Shown here: in pieces, positions 1-11,370 of the stretch
Position numbering within the stretch: the first letter of the stretch is position 1
Layout: every line of letters begins with the position of its first letter
From: Amphiscolops sp. MND2022
Lineage: Eukaryota
Reading direction: 5' to 3'
Length of the DNA: 64,000 bases
Assembly (NCBI GenBank): GCA_964187785.1
Contig: OZ076410.1
Location: 83,452,001-83,516,000, forward strand
Notes under the pieces: generated by a model
Told to the model about the DNA's origin: nothing
Seen by the model: the letters and a program-made list of their open reading frames with translations, nothing else
Database searches by the model: none
Made by a program: the position numbers and the translations under genes

Positions 1-1109
1 TGCTATGAAATCTCGTATTAAAAACAGCTTATGCGAGGGAATTCCCTTATTATCGAAAATACATGACGATTAATTGACATGGATTTAAATTACCTTATGC
101 GAGCCAAAAAAATGTACCTTAAGTCAGAACTTTAAATCGCGGGATATTTGCAATACGCTTGTTCCACAATTTGAAATAGCTTGCAATTATCTTTCCCTAT
201 GAATTAGCGGAATTAGTGCGATGAAAACTTGACTGAAATGGGCGGATTCATTCATTTTATTCAATTTCGTAAACTTGTCAACGTCATGTTGACGCGTTTT
301 CTTGGCAGAATTTAAGCTTCATAAACTTGTCAACGTCATGTTGACGAGTTTTCTTGGCGGAATAGAGATTTTGACGCAATGCTGACAAGTATTTTAGAAA
401 TGAGTCTCTCGCTAGCTGCCGGAGCAGTGACGTCACATTGGCGGTACTACCAAGTAAATTGGTAGTAAATTGGAATGATTTCTAGCAATGCTATTAGTAT
501 AGGCGGATAATTGGAATGATTTTCTGGTACGGGTATGCGAGGCAATGACGTCAATACCTTCAAACTTGTCTGCGTCCTACTGACGACAAATATACATGTA
601 TTCTTATTTTCTCCGCTGCCTTGTTTACTCAGCGCAATATTGACGTCCTAAACCACGCTAATTGCTGTTCAAAGAGTAATTAGGCTGCTTTTCGAAGAAA
701 AGGCTTAATTCTTTTGGTGTGCCATCTCAGAGTATTTTTCATTTTAGATCTGATTGATGTTCTTTAGGGAGATGACTTTGACTATGCTTTCATTTAGATT
801 GGGCTATGGTTTTCTTATTTCGAAGCGTGTTTTAATTTAGTTTTCAGGTGGCGGATGTTATTGATTTTACGTGGCAAAAGCGTCTCAACCGGAAATGTAA
901 TATTTGTTTTAGCACATTCAATTCATTCTTTGTAATTAGTTTCATTTGAAATTTCCGTTGATCTGACGTATTTTTGTTTTCATAGTCACAGTTTATTTGT
1001 TAGTTTTAATAGTTAAAGTAAGTTTTTGCGAACCTCGCAGTGCAGCCGTGGCCTCTCCCGAAGCCGACTCTTAAACACCCACAACCCAGTCCGGGAGCGG
1101 ACTGTGACA
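1..1109 (-). repeat. 3' LTR (partial) of the deleted Gypsy element
   Basis: Starts TGTCACAGTCCGCTCCCGG (large LTR: TGTCACAGCCCGCTCCCGG). Blocks at ~690-740 and ~830-900 match the reverse complement of large-LTR 36700-36880. Confidence 0.75.
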
Positions 1110-1759
1110 GGGCCACTGTCATGGGTCTTATTGTCCTCCCTTGGAACTTCGGCTGGTAGAAAGGGTATTGTAGCTCGTAGACATTTGGGTCAACTGCCTG
1201 GTCCCTGGATGGAGGCATTACTGCTGGGCCCCTTTCTTCATCTAGATCGTTTAAAGATTCCTTCTTCTGCTCTCCCCAAACTCTCGGAGGGCCGCGGGGG
1301 GATTTAAAGTAAGAAAAGTAAGAGCTGGCATCGTCCTCTGTTGCTTGTCTTATGAATTCAGCAACTTTACTGCTAGTCAAGGAGGACGTTTCTTATTCGT
1401 GAGGTTTCTCTACGACGAACACATCTGAATTTAAAGAGGGGTCAGGGCTTTCTGGTGAGTCCGCTAATATTTCCTCTTCGCTTTCTGACTGAGAGTATTG
1501 GCCCGACTCTACTGTTTCAAAGCTTGTTTATGATTAACTGAGTTTCATCCTTTTACAATCGGTTTCCAGAGAGTTTAAGGATAGATCAAGAAATTCTTCC
1601 TCATCTGCCGCGGCTTCTGCTGACGAATTTAATATCTCTATCATTATTCTAGGGTATTTTTCGTTGTCTCTAGGCAGTGGGAGATTTTGTAATTTCGCCT
1701 TCTTCTTCGCTTGACGATGAAATGTCGATCTGTTCGTATATGTCCAATAAATTGTTCAT
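1006..1759 (-). pseudogene. Disrupted homolog of ORF3 (49501-50214)
   Basis: Translated pieces MNNLLDIYEQIDISSSSEEE / ADEEEFLDLSLNSLETDCKRMKLS / SKVAEFI..EDDASSYFS / VALSQSAPGLGCGC..GRGHGC align colinearly with ORF3 MNGLKNVYELIDISSSEDEEE / ADEEECFDISTDSLESSCKKLKLS / SRVAEYI..EDSGSYFS / VALSQPAPGLACGC..GRGHGC. At least one frameshift and one in-frame stop. Confidence 0.8.
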
Positions 1760-2033
1760 CTTCTTTATTTGACTTCTATCTTCTGCGACTGTTGATCGTA
1801 TTTTAATTCTTGGTTATTCAACACCCTTAGGTTTGTAGCATTCCCCGTTCCATTAAGTTTTTGTGAATCATACAAAATTCCAGAAAGGCCTTTTCTGTCA
1901 TCGTACCAGCACAGCTTAGCTTTTCTGACGCGTCGATTCGGGAATGTGTTCTTCAGAGACTACGCCATTGTCATTTTTCAAACGCACATCTCAGCCTCAG
2001 GAAGAGTGTCCTATTTTAATTTACCAATGTGAG

Positions 2034-2480
2034 CTAATTCACCCGTCTCTGGGCGAAGATAACACCCCAGAGAGTATATTGCCAGCTTTTGGAATCTCGT
2101 TTGGCGGTAATCGATCTCCTCGATAAGTGTTGGACTGCATCTGACAATTTACTGACGGGTTGGATGTTGTTGGTGTAGTCGTCGAATTTTAACTCGTTTA
2201 GTATCAGTAGGTTAACACATAGTCTCCATTTGGCGTTTGGGTTGCGTTGTTCAATTAGTGTATGTTCGTCTTTATTTCCAAGGCGGAGAGTATCCGCGTT
2301 GTGGAGGGACGCTCTTCGGACGGTAGGCGGTTCTGAGTTTTTCTTGGAAACATTTATTGAGTGGTCCAAAACTCCTGTCACCATGTTACGGCTTCGGTTA
2401 GGGTCACTGTTCTGTACATTTCTGAAAAATTTCATTGCTTTTTTGAAAGACGTTTTTCTTTTCTGGCTTCTCGTTGACAT
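2034..2480 (-). pseudogene. gag N-terminus fused in frame to an RT fragment (internal deletion)
   Basis: MSTRSQKRK...RN-MVTGVL matches the large-element Gag start and PBS read-through. It is followed by NPNAKWRLCVNLLILNELKFDDYTNNIQPVSKLSDAVQHL, matching RT KPNGKLRLLVDLRKINALISDDYINNNHPVSTLSDAA. Confidence 0.75.
2372..2383 (-). other. Primer-binding site (TGGTGACAGGAG)
   Basis: Directly abuts the LTR-terminal CA; identical to 38787-38798. Confidence 0.7.
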
Positions 2481-3840
2481 CTTGATGAAAACATTTTCGG
2501 ATTTATCAATTTTGAATTGAAGGTTGCAGAGCAATTGTTTTAACAAAACAATGTAGAGTTTGATACAAGATCGCACATTGGATCAGAAATTGAATGAATA
2601 ATTTTACAAGTACAAGCTATATCTATACCCTCCTAGCATCAACTGTTAATACTCGCGTACTTTAATATTCATCGGGATATTAGTCAGTTCCTGTAATTTT
2701 GCGGCAAAATTTTGATCTGCGTTAGCATTTTGTCAATTTTTGTGTTATTTCCATAGTTAGATTGATATCATTCATCACCCAGTGGCAAATCTTTTCATTC
2801 CGACGTCCTTTTATTTTCTCCCAAACAGGAAGTAGATTTTACTTCAGTCTGTCAAACCGGAAATGTTTCCCTGTTTTACTGCTTTGGTTCGCGGGAAAAT
2901 TGACGCGGAGCTAACGCTGGCGTGATCAACTAATACCTGATTTTGAATTTCTACCTGAAAATTTATGACTAATTATCTTGATTTAGGCAATTTAGTGATG
3001 CTAAGAGTGTGACTGATTTACATCAGTCTAAGCAATTGAATATTTCAAACATTAACATTTGTTTATCTAATTAAAGTTAAGAGCAACACCTTTGAGCAAC
3101 AATAAAGGACGACGTGGCGTCGTCAATCAGCCAATGAATTTATTAAACTACATTATCATAGCATACATTTAAAAAGCCTGCTTAGACTGCACTTTGTTAA
3201 CACAAATTGAATATAAACTGTGACTCTCCAAGTTAAATAGTGTAAAAATACTGTTACTTATAGTTAGTCTGAAAAATCCTGGCCTGATTACCACATTCTG
3301 TTTGAATTCAATGTTAGTCGACGCAATACTGACGTAGAAATGTGTTTTCTCAAATTCTAGTATATTAGTTGATGTAGCGCTGGCGTAGATTCAAAATTTT
3401 GGCTTGGTTAGTTAAATTGCGACGTAGTGTTGATGTTGATTCATTTTCTAGCTCCGATGAGTTTAACAGTAGTAAAAAAAAGGCTTTTTTGAATTTAGTA
3501 ATGACTAAAACGCCTAATTTCATAAATTTTGGACGTAGAGTGGACGTAAATTTGATGTTAGACCTAGTCCGCTATAATAGTGGACGTAACGTGGACGTAA
3601 ATTTGGTATTATACTTAGACCGTTAAAATTTTGGACGTAGCGTGGACGTAAATTTGGAATGGTTTCTAGTTAGCTGTCCTAGCTGAGACGTAGCGTTGAC
3701 TAAAATTTGGAATGAAATGAAGTCTTGCTAGCTGCCGTAGCGGTAACGTAGCGGCGGCGCAGACTCACTCGTATTGGCGAAGCGGTGTCGTAGATTAGTT
3801 TTAGTTTGTTTTTATTACATTCCGGGCGCGTACTGTGACA
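2384..3840 (-). repeat. 5' LTR (~1457 bp) of the deleted Gypsy element
   Basis: TG...CA termini on the minus strand, adjacent PBS, and core homology to the large LTR. Confidence 0.7.
3528..3720. repeat. About four tandem ~55-60 bp units with GACGTAGCGTGGACGTAAATTTG-like cores inside the LTR
   Basis: Read directly from the sequence; position is consistent with U3 enhancer-type repeats. Confidence 0.6.
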
Positions 3841-4320
3841 GTTAATAAACAGGATCAGCAGTATTTGATCTATCTAACGTTTTTTTGCGTTTTGGCGCCA
3901 TCTGAGCATTCTGTTAGGTCTGGACTTTGATGAAGTGCTGATCTCCCAAATATTTATGTTCTGGATGAAAATCTTAAGATACTTTGGAGAAACAAAAATT
4001 GGCACGGGAATGAAAACAATTGAGGATGAGAAATCAGCAGTGAGTACTAGTTGTCGAACGGAGAAAACTACGAAAGAGGAAACGTAAAGGAATAAAAAAC
4101 ACTCCAGAAAAAAGTCTTATCCACATTCGACAAACGCGAATGGCAGGAGGCAAAGCTATGGTGGCGTAGAATAACACAAAAGTCAAAATGACACAAAACG
4201 TTGAACTAAACTAGATGAAAACAGACAGAGAAACAATGAAAGAAAACCAGAACGATCCGAAACACCTGATCAAGAATCTGTTTATCTGAGCACTCGGGGA
4301 GTCAGGTATAACGGAAATGA

Positions 4321-4375
4321 CAACAAGACGGGAGCGTCTAAAATCGGCGCTATATCTAAGGCTCAAAAAAGCGCT
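4321..4375 (+). repeat. Terminal motif of a dispersed repeat family (AACAAGACGGGA.CGTCT..AAGTCGGCGC..TATCTAAGGCTCAAAA); possibly Helentron/HINE-like
   Basis: Similar copies at ~5049-5095 and ~23120-23170 (+), and ~15042-15086 and ~15691-15735 (-). Contains a short AGACG...CGTCT hairpin. Family assignment is inference only. Confidence 0.55.
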
Positions 4376-5618
4376 AAGTTTTTAAACTTGTAGAAGGGTG
4401 GACACTTTCAGCTTTTTGAAAATCCAGTCTGTTGCAAAATATCAAAAAAAATTGAAGGAGACATTTCAAAAATTCGGAAATTTTTTTGAAAAAACTTTCG
4501 AAACAACGAAAAATGAGAACTTTGAAACAGTCTCACAGTGCCAAAAACTGGACCCTGTAGTACCGTCCGGTTTGTATCTTACGTTAAAAATTGAGTACAC
4601 GAAAGGGAGGATCGTTTGCAGTAACTCAAATGTGATTACTCTGCCGGTTCAGTACTTTTAGTAGTTCTGTAAAAAGTGTCCACTACGCATACATTCTGTG
4701 GTCTGACGAAAAAAAAGAAGAAAAAAACTTGCCACTGTAATAGTCGGGCTCATTTTGATAAAAAGCCCCGACTAAAAACAATTAGGGACAGAGCTCAAAG
4801 TAAAATGTACTTATCCATATCAACTCTACACAGAATTCCGGGTCCGTTTTAAACCGGAACGCATTAAGTTTCACAGTCGAGCGGACTTTTCAAGGAAAAT
4901 AAGAGAGCCGAATGACACCACAGAAAACGTATTGACATCCACACAACAAGGCGAGGAAAACTCGCATTTCAAAACGACACATCGGAAGAACTGATCGCAT
5001 CAAAATTTCAATCTTTAATAGGTACATTGTCCTGTGATTATGAACTTACAAGACAGGAATGTCTGAAGTCGGCGCTTTTACCTAAGGCTCAAAAGGTTTT
5101 AAAATATGCTCAGGACGTTTATGAAAAACTCACAAACATTTTTTGAAACACAGAAAAGTTGCCTTTCGTGCTCGAAAAACACCTCAGAAGTTCGGATATG
5201 GCTTACTGAAAGAAACGACGCTTTTTGACTGTATGGCTCCTACTGTTGTCTTCGGACCTCCACCTACTCCTAAGTTAAATGCAATAAAGTTCGGATATAA
5301 CGTTGAAAATTTGGATACAGCACAATATTTTTGTACCTCCACCTCCAAAATTTAGACAGTCATGAAAGAAATTATTTGGTGGATAAATATTGAGAAAACC
5401 TAATATCGGACAAAAAATGAGAATTTTGAACAGTCTTCTCGTGCCAAAAAAGTAAAAAGGGAGAGCATTTGAGATTCGTACCATCCGTTGTGTTGCCAAA
5501 AATCAAAAAAACATTAAAGGGTGACCCAATGGTGCAATCAAAAGAGACGTTCCGAAAATTGTCTAATAGTACCAAAAAAACTAAAAGGCCCTAGCTGAAA
5601 ATTTGATACCCAAAATTA

Positions 5619-8146
5619 ATGATATTTTTTGAAACCCCGTCAAATATTGCTTTGTGGTGCTTACAGCTCTCCTCTCTAGGCTATTTTTTGGAAAAACCAC
5701 CTCGAGGAGGTACACGTCAGCGGTCATCACTTAGTGCAATTATCAACAAGAGTATTTGGGATGGTGTCATTGAGAAAAAACCGAAAGGCGACAGAAAACC
5801 GCAGCAGAAAAGCGAGTTAGATCGACGACTGCGTTCCATTTGCACTAAATTAGACGAAGGTAATGTTAAGGCCGGAATCAGAATGGCAGTAGGCGACGAC
5901 AAGATTGCAGATTTCACGGTCGACAACTACGCTGCCCTTAAGCTGAAACATCCGAAGAGGGAAACTTGCTCAGTTTCGGACCCCACAGATATCGATTGTT
6001 TTTCAAACTCGGAGTTTTTCGTCCACAAGGCTCTTATGTCCTTCCCCAACGGCTCTAGTGCAGGGTTGGATGGCATTTCGCCCCAAATTTTGAAAGATTT
6101 GACTGCCAGAGCCTTAACAAATGTTGTAAATGTGATTCTCGAAGGAAAAGTACTTTTCGAACTTCGGCGTACTTCTTTGGTGCGAAACTAATTGCGCTAA
6201 AAATGCCCGATGGAGGACTTCGTCCTATCGCTGTAGGCAATACTTTCCACCGATTGTCCGCAAAATGGGCCGGATACCATTTCTTCGAATCACGTCAAGC
6301 AAGATATGGAAATCGACAAGAAGGTGTAGGCACCAAAAGGGGCGCTGAATTGGCCTCACATGTTTTCCGTTGTTTGAGAGAAATCCCTCAGTCAAAAAAT
6401 GTAATTTTGAAAATTGACTTTGAAAACGCTTTCAATTCGATAAACCGGCAATTCATGCTAGAGAAAATTTTTGAAATACACCCTGAAGTTTATAAGTATT
6501 CACACTCGGCGTAGAGTCAGCCAAGTTTTTTTACGGTGATTCTGTAATCAAATCCTGTGAAGGGACCCAGCAAGGAGATCCTGAGTCTCCAGCTTTGTTT
6601 TCGGATTCCATTCAGGATCTGATTGACAGTTTGGAGTCGAAAATAAACTTATGGTACCTTGACGATGGAAACTTAAGTGATGAATACCGAACCGTTTTGA
6701 AAGATCTCAAAGAAATTGTTGAAGCGGAAAGAACGCTGGGACTCAAAATAAACCCACGAAATGTGACTTTTTTCCCTGGTGACATCACTGAAAAACGACG
6801 ACGTTCGACAAATTTAGCATCTTTCCAAAAACTTTGTCCCGTGATCAAAAGACCAAAGAAAGATGTACTTATCATTCTTGGTTCACCGCTCGGTCCGAAA
6901 TCACAAGCAGGATTATTGGAAAAGAAAGCTAATGAACTGGAAAAAGTTAACGGCATTGTTGAAAAACTAGATGCGCACTATGGTTTTTTTATGTTGAAAA
7001 ATTGCTTCAGTTTGCCAACGTTGTTGTACTTCCAGCTCTCTTGGAGAAATATGACAAAACCGTGCGCGACGGATTTTCCAAAGTGTGTAACGTGAACTTC
7101 GACGATATTTCGAGTACTCAGCTGGCTCTGCCTGCTCAGATGGGTGGTCTTAGGGTTTCATCCGCATCAGTATTAGCACTTCCCGCCCTTTTGGCCTCAG
7201 CTTTTGGCGCGAGTAACTTTCTCACGACGATTTTCTCGGAAACATTCGAAGATGTTTCGTTTACAAAAGCGCTTGAGAAGTGGTTGAAATTGGCGAACGA
7301 ACAGGAAAGTCCTCTCAATGGAACTCAGAAAAAGTGGACAAAACCTGTCTACGTCAAAACCGCCCGAAATTTGATTTCTAGAATGGATGACAAACGTTCG
7401 AAAGTTTTTAACGCTCATCAAGGCAAATTCGGGTCTCAAGGCCCGAACGTCGTTCCTTGCAAGAACCTAGGTCTGAAACCTGATGATCAGCAACTTCGAA
7501 TTTCAATTGGTTTGCGTCTCGGTGACAACATCTGCGTTGCGCATACGTGCCACTGTGGAAAAAGAGTTGAACGGGACAGTTTACACTGTCTTTCTTGCAC
7601 CAAGAGTGCTGGTCGCTTCTCATGTCATGCTACTCTCAATTCTCTCATAAAGCAGACATTGGGATCTCTCGACTTGCCTCCAATGCTCGAACCGCGTGGA
7701 CTGTACCGAACTGAAGGCAAACGCCCAGACGGTGTTACCATAATTCCTTGGGAAATGGGCAAACAGCTGGTGTGGGATGTCACGGTTGTGCATGCTCTTG
7801 CACCCAGTCGCATGAATCAAGGCTCTTTATGCAACCCGGGAACCACCGCCACCGAGGCTGAAGCGCGTAAAATTGAGAAGTATCGCGAACTAATGGCTTT
7901 GGAAGTACAGGGTTCTTTAGGCGAGAGCAGTGAAATTTTCATCACTCGTCTCTGTAAAATGCTCTGTCGTTCGCACGACGATCAACGAGCTGGCAGCGTT
8001 TTGAAGCAACGGATTCCAATGGTTCTTCAGATCGGCAATGCGGCCTGTGTTCTAGGAACTGTCAGCGACAGAGATGCGTTCCAAGAAATTTATTACTTAT
8101 AGCCTAATTTTTTTGACCTTTATATCAAAGCAGCTTTTAAAAAAAA
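5619..8146 (+). mobile_element. 5'-truncated, frameshifted non-LTR retrotransposon with RT and restriction-like endonuclease (CRE-like clade)
   Basis: RT motifs GLRPIAVG, Q.GVG, KIDFENAFNSINR, QQGDP, WYLDDG; C-terminal CHCG..H...C zinc motif; RLE motifs KRPDG...WDVT...KIEKY; ends with a short 3' UTR and A-run. Split over ORFs 5619-6191, 6203-6514, 6595-7095 and 7002-8102. Confidence 0.85.
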
Positions 8147-8278
8147 TTTGCAGCGGTCGACTGCATAGTGGCTGGTTTGAGTAGTTTTTTGGTTGTTTTT
8201 TTATCCTGGTCTACTGGTATAGTGGCTGGTATGGGGTTCCCCACTTTCGTTGCAGACCACGGGTGTGTGTCTTCTCCC

Positions 8279-10640
8279 CAGGGATTTGAAGTATGGTTTG
8301 GCCATATAAATGGTACCTGAAAAAGACCCCCATAAAAATCTTCATATTTTTGGAGGAAGCCATAAATAATGGCCATAATGGCCATATATATGGTGTCAAA
8401 AAAAACAAGAGACGATTGATGAATTGAATCAAACATTTCTGAAAACATCAATCACTGTTCACGACAAGCAAGAGAGTTTCGATGTCCCAGTAATTTTTAT
8501 TCACAGCCAGGTACAGATTCTCCTGAAATTCACTGGGAGGATCCTGTTTCGCAGGGGTGTTCATATGTTATTAGCCTTACTGAACAGTAGGGGCGGGAAT
8601 AACGTCTAAGGAATAACGTCTAAAGGAATAACGTCTAAATTTTACTCATTTTTCGGGAATAACGTCTAAAGATTTAGACGTTATTCCCATTTTTTTAGAT
8701 GTTATTCCCGATTTTGAAATATTGTTTCTTGTGCTGAAAAGTTCTTCCCTTGGTCTAGTTTTCAGGTAATAACGTACAAAATCCAGAAAAATGCCCAAAA
8801 TATCCGAAAGTCATCGAAATACGACTGAGAAACGGGAAAAACATTAAATTGGAAAAAATAAATCGTTTAAGATCTAAAACTAAAAAGTGATATATAATAT
8901 TAAACGTGCTTCGGATATGTCCCCATTCCTTCTAGTGCCCCGCGGCCCCTTGGGGCCGCTTATGTTCCCATCTTGCTACGCGAGGTCGAACAGGAGCAAA
9001 GACCTAGCGGGAACGGAGATCGCGAAGCGATCGTAGTGGGAGCTGGTCTTTGCGACGGTGAGGGCGAGCGTGCATACACCGCATATGCCCCACATTTTGA
9101 TATTTTCGCTTTCAGAAAGCCTTTTTCGAAACAGGAATAACGTATAGAACTTTAGACGCTAGTCTCAAAAAATGATTTATTTTAGACGTTATTCCCGTTT
9201 TATATTTAGATATTATTCCCCAGACGTTCTTCCCGCTGCCACGTATTTTGATGATTTTTTTCTATTTTAGACGTTTTTGCCAATCTTAGACGTTATTACC
9301 GTTTTCAAACGTATTTTGATCGTTTTTTTGACATTTTAGGCGTTTGTCATTTTTAGACGTTATTCCTCTTTTTAGACGTTATTCCGCTTTTTAGACGTTA
9401 TTCCACTTTTTAGACGTTATTCCCGTTTTTTTAGACGTTATTCCCGTTCATTTCAGATTTAGATGTTATTCCTTTAGACGTTATTCCCGGTGGACTTTTA
9501 GACGTTATTCCTTAGACGTTATTCCTGTTCCCCACTGAACAGACGTTGTACAATATTGGAAGTTGAAGGAACCCAATGCAGCTTCATCATCCTTTTCAAA
9601 GCTGGGACCGGTTCTGGAGAGAGGAGTATGGACTCCGCGAACGACTTGTGGCCCATTTCAACGTCAGCATTGGAATGACTGGCTTCCTGTTGGGTTCTGA
9701 AGCGCCCCAGGTGAACTTTTTCTGCCAGTTTCAGATCTTCATAAGGGACAGTGAAAGATTTAACAATAGCAGCTTCAAACAGGATTGTCCACGATTTTTG
9801 GCTCGTTCACTCAGATGGGTGAGCGGAAATAGGTCGAAGGAACGGGATCGAAAATCAGAGTTAGTCCTCATGTCGACATACCAAATTTTTGAATGGGATC
9901 AAAACAACTCGGATCGAAATTTTTATAACGTAGTCAGATATGTTCACATACCCGTAGTGCCCTGAATGCAGGAGCGAAGCGAAGCGGAGCGACGTGCCAT
10001 ATGGCCATGCCTTGATGTTGCTACTTGGCAAAGGGAGCGAAGCGACCGAGCCATACAACAAATACGATAAAATTCGACCGCATTCCATTCGATCCCTGCA
10101 ATTCGATCAAAAGGGTCGACCTCTGTCCTTTCGACCAGAAAAAGTCGACCTATTTACAGCCACCCCTTTCAGATACTTGCACATGGAATAAAACGTCAAA
10201 ATCAAAGCATCAAATAGTCGACGCACTTCCGCGATGGTTATGGAGTCTTCCTTATTTTTTTCCGCCTTCTTGTTCACTTAAGGGTACGCCAATACTGCTT
10301 GCTCTTTGGTTTTTGACTTCCTATACTCATCTTCCCAGGAGTCTTAGTGAACATTTTTCAAGTGACTCATCAAATTTGTATATCCTTTCTTGCCTGGTTG
10401 TTTCACCCTCTTATTGCAGGTGAACTTGAACATATCATCACCGAGGGGTAAAGAAGTCTACAACAGATTTGTTCTTCAGATCCATGACCCTATCTGAAAG
10501 AAACATACGAAATGAATTTCCCGAGAAAAATAAAATATGGTGCCATTATGGCAGAGATACCATACATAATGGCCATTTTTCTCAGTGCAGCCATAAATAA
10601 TTTCCATATATTTATGGCCATTATGGAGTTCCAATCCCTG
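8279..10640 (-). mobile_element. Internally deleted hAT DNA transposon
   Basis: TIRs CAGGGATT(T/G)GAA at 8279 and 10640; perfect 8-bp TSD CTTCTCCC (8271-8278, 10641-10648); ATGGCC-rich subterminal repeats. Minus-strand remnants: BED finger (..TCNKRVKQPGKKGYTNLMSHLKNVH, ~10200-10480) and C-terminal dimerisation region (FEAAIVK...WVPSTSNIVQRLFS|K...LAVNKNYWDIETL). Confidence 0.85.
8588..9534. mobile_element. Non-autonomous hAT-type MITE nested in the hAT transposase remnant
   Basis: TAGGGG...CCCCA ends; 8-bp TSD CTGAACAG (8580-8587, 9535-9542); many GGAATAACGTCTAA subterminal motifs, oppositely oriented at the two ends. Removing it restores the RLFSK codons. Confidence 0.8.
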
Positions 10641-11370
10641 CTTCTCCCCCCAACATGATGATACACATGGCACTTGATTGATGACGAAGAACAATAGCAC
10701 CAATATCTAACAGCAGAGATTTAAAAAAAAATTGGCACCAATGAATAAAACCACTACCTTGAATTGACCTGTGGTGGGCAGAAAATCAATGACGTGCCAA
10801 GTTTCCCCGTAGATATCGTAAGGATATTGAAATTCGGGAAGGAAAGCTGCGAAGTCTGAGAGTCAGCGATTAGTATGTTGGCTGCTGTGGACGGCTTCAA
10901 CGTGTGAAATCGCATTCGATTACGTTGAATAAAATTGTTGCGTAGAAAACATGCTTTTAGGGTGAAGCGTTTATTCAACGTAGTCTGAAAATATAAGTAC
11001 AGTTAGTTAGAGTTAGTCACGGTTAATAAGTTAGTAATAATCAGATTATGGCCATATTCATTATATAACACTATTGATGTTCGCCATGCATACAAGTAGA
11101 GGAAGTCAACTGCCCAATATCAAGACCCTGTATATCCATAAAAGTTCACCCGCTTCTACTCGGAGTGTTTGTTCTAATGTGTTCCATGTATCTGAATCAC
11201 AATCATGTGGATGTTGGGTTGTTATAGTACAGAGTATTGTTTTTGTCTCAGGCTGAATGTCGCTATGATTCTCTTGTTCGAATGGAAAGCGAATAATGTT
11301 CGTGTGTAATTGTTGATATTTTAAGTGTTTTTTTTTGTACTGTCACAAAGAAAATCGTGTTTTTCAGATA

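Larger units (their letters stand above)
1..3840 (-). mobile_element. Internally deleted Ty3/Gypsy LTR element, relative of the 36471-52438 element (left end runs off the window)
   Basis: Minus strand order: LTR (3840->2384; begins TGTCACAG, ends CGTAACA), PBS TGGTGACAGGAG identical to the large element, gag-start/RT fusion fragment, ORF3 homolog, then AGTGGCCC|TGTCACAG second LTR from 1109 leftwards. 2800-2930 is clearly homologous to the reverse complement of 37940-38060. Confidence 0.8.

Noticed and set aside
8588-9534. CRISPR-like array of GACGTTATTCC repeats (also the arrays at 54781 and 62946)
   Set aside because: Repeats are too short and irregularly spaced, invert at the two ends of a TSD-flanked element, the context is eukaryotic and there are no cas genes.
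10758-10856. Possible exon of a gene divergent from FEN1 (DFAAFLPEFQYPYDIYGETWHV...)
   Set aside because: Plausible acceptor but weak donor, no joining exon found and no recognisable family.
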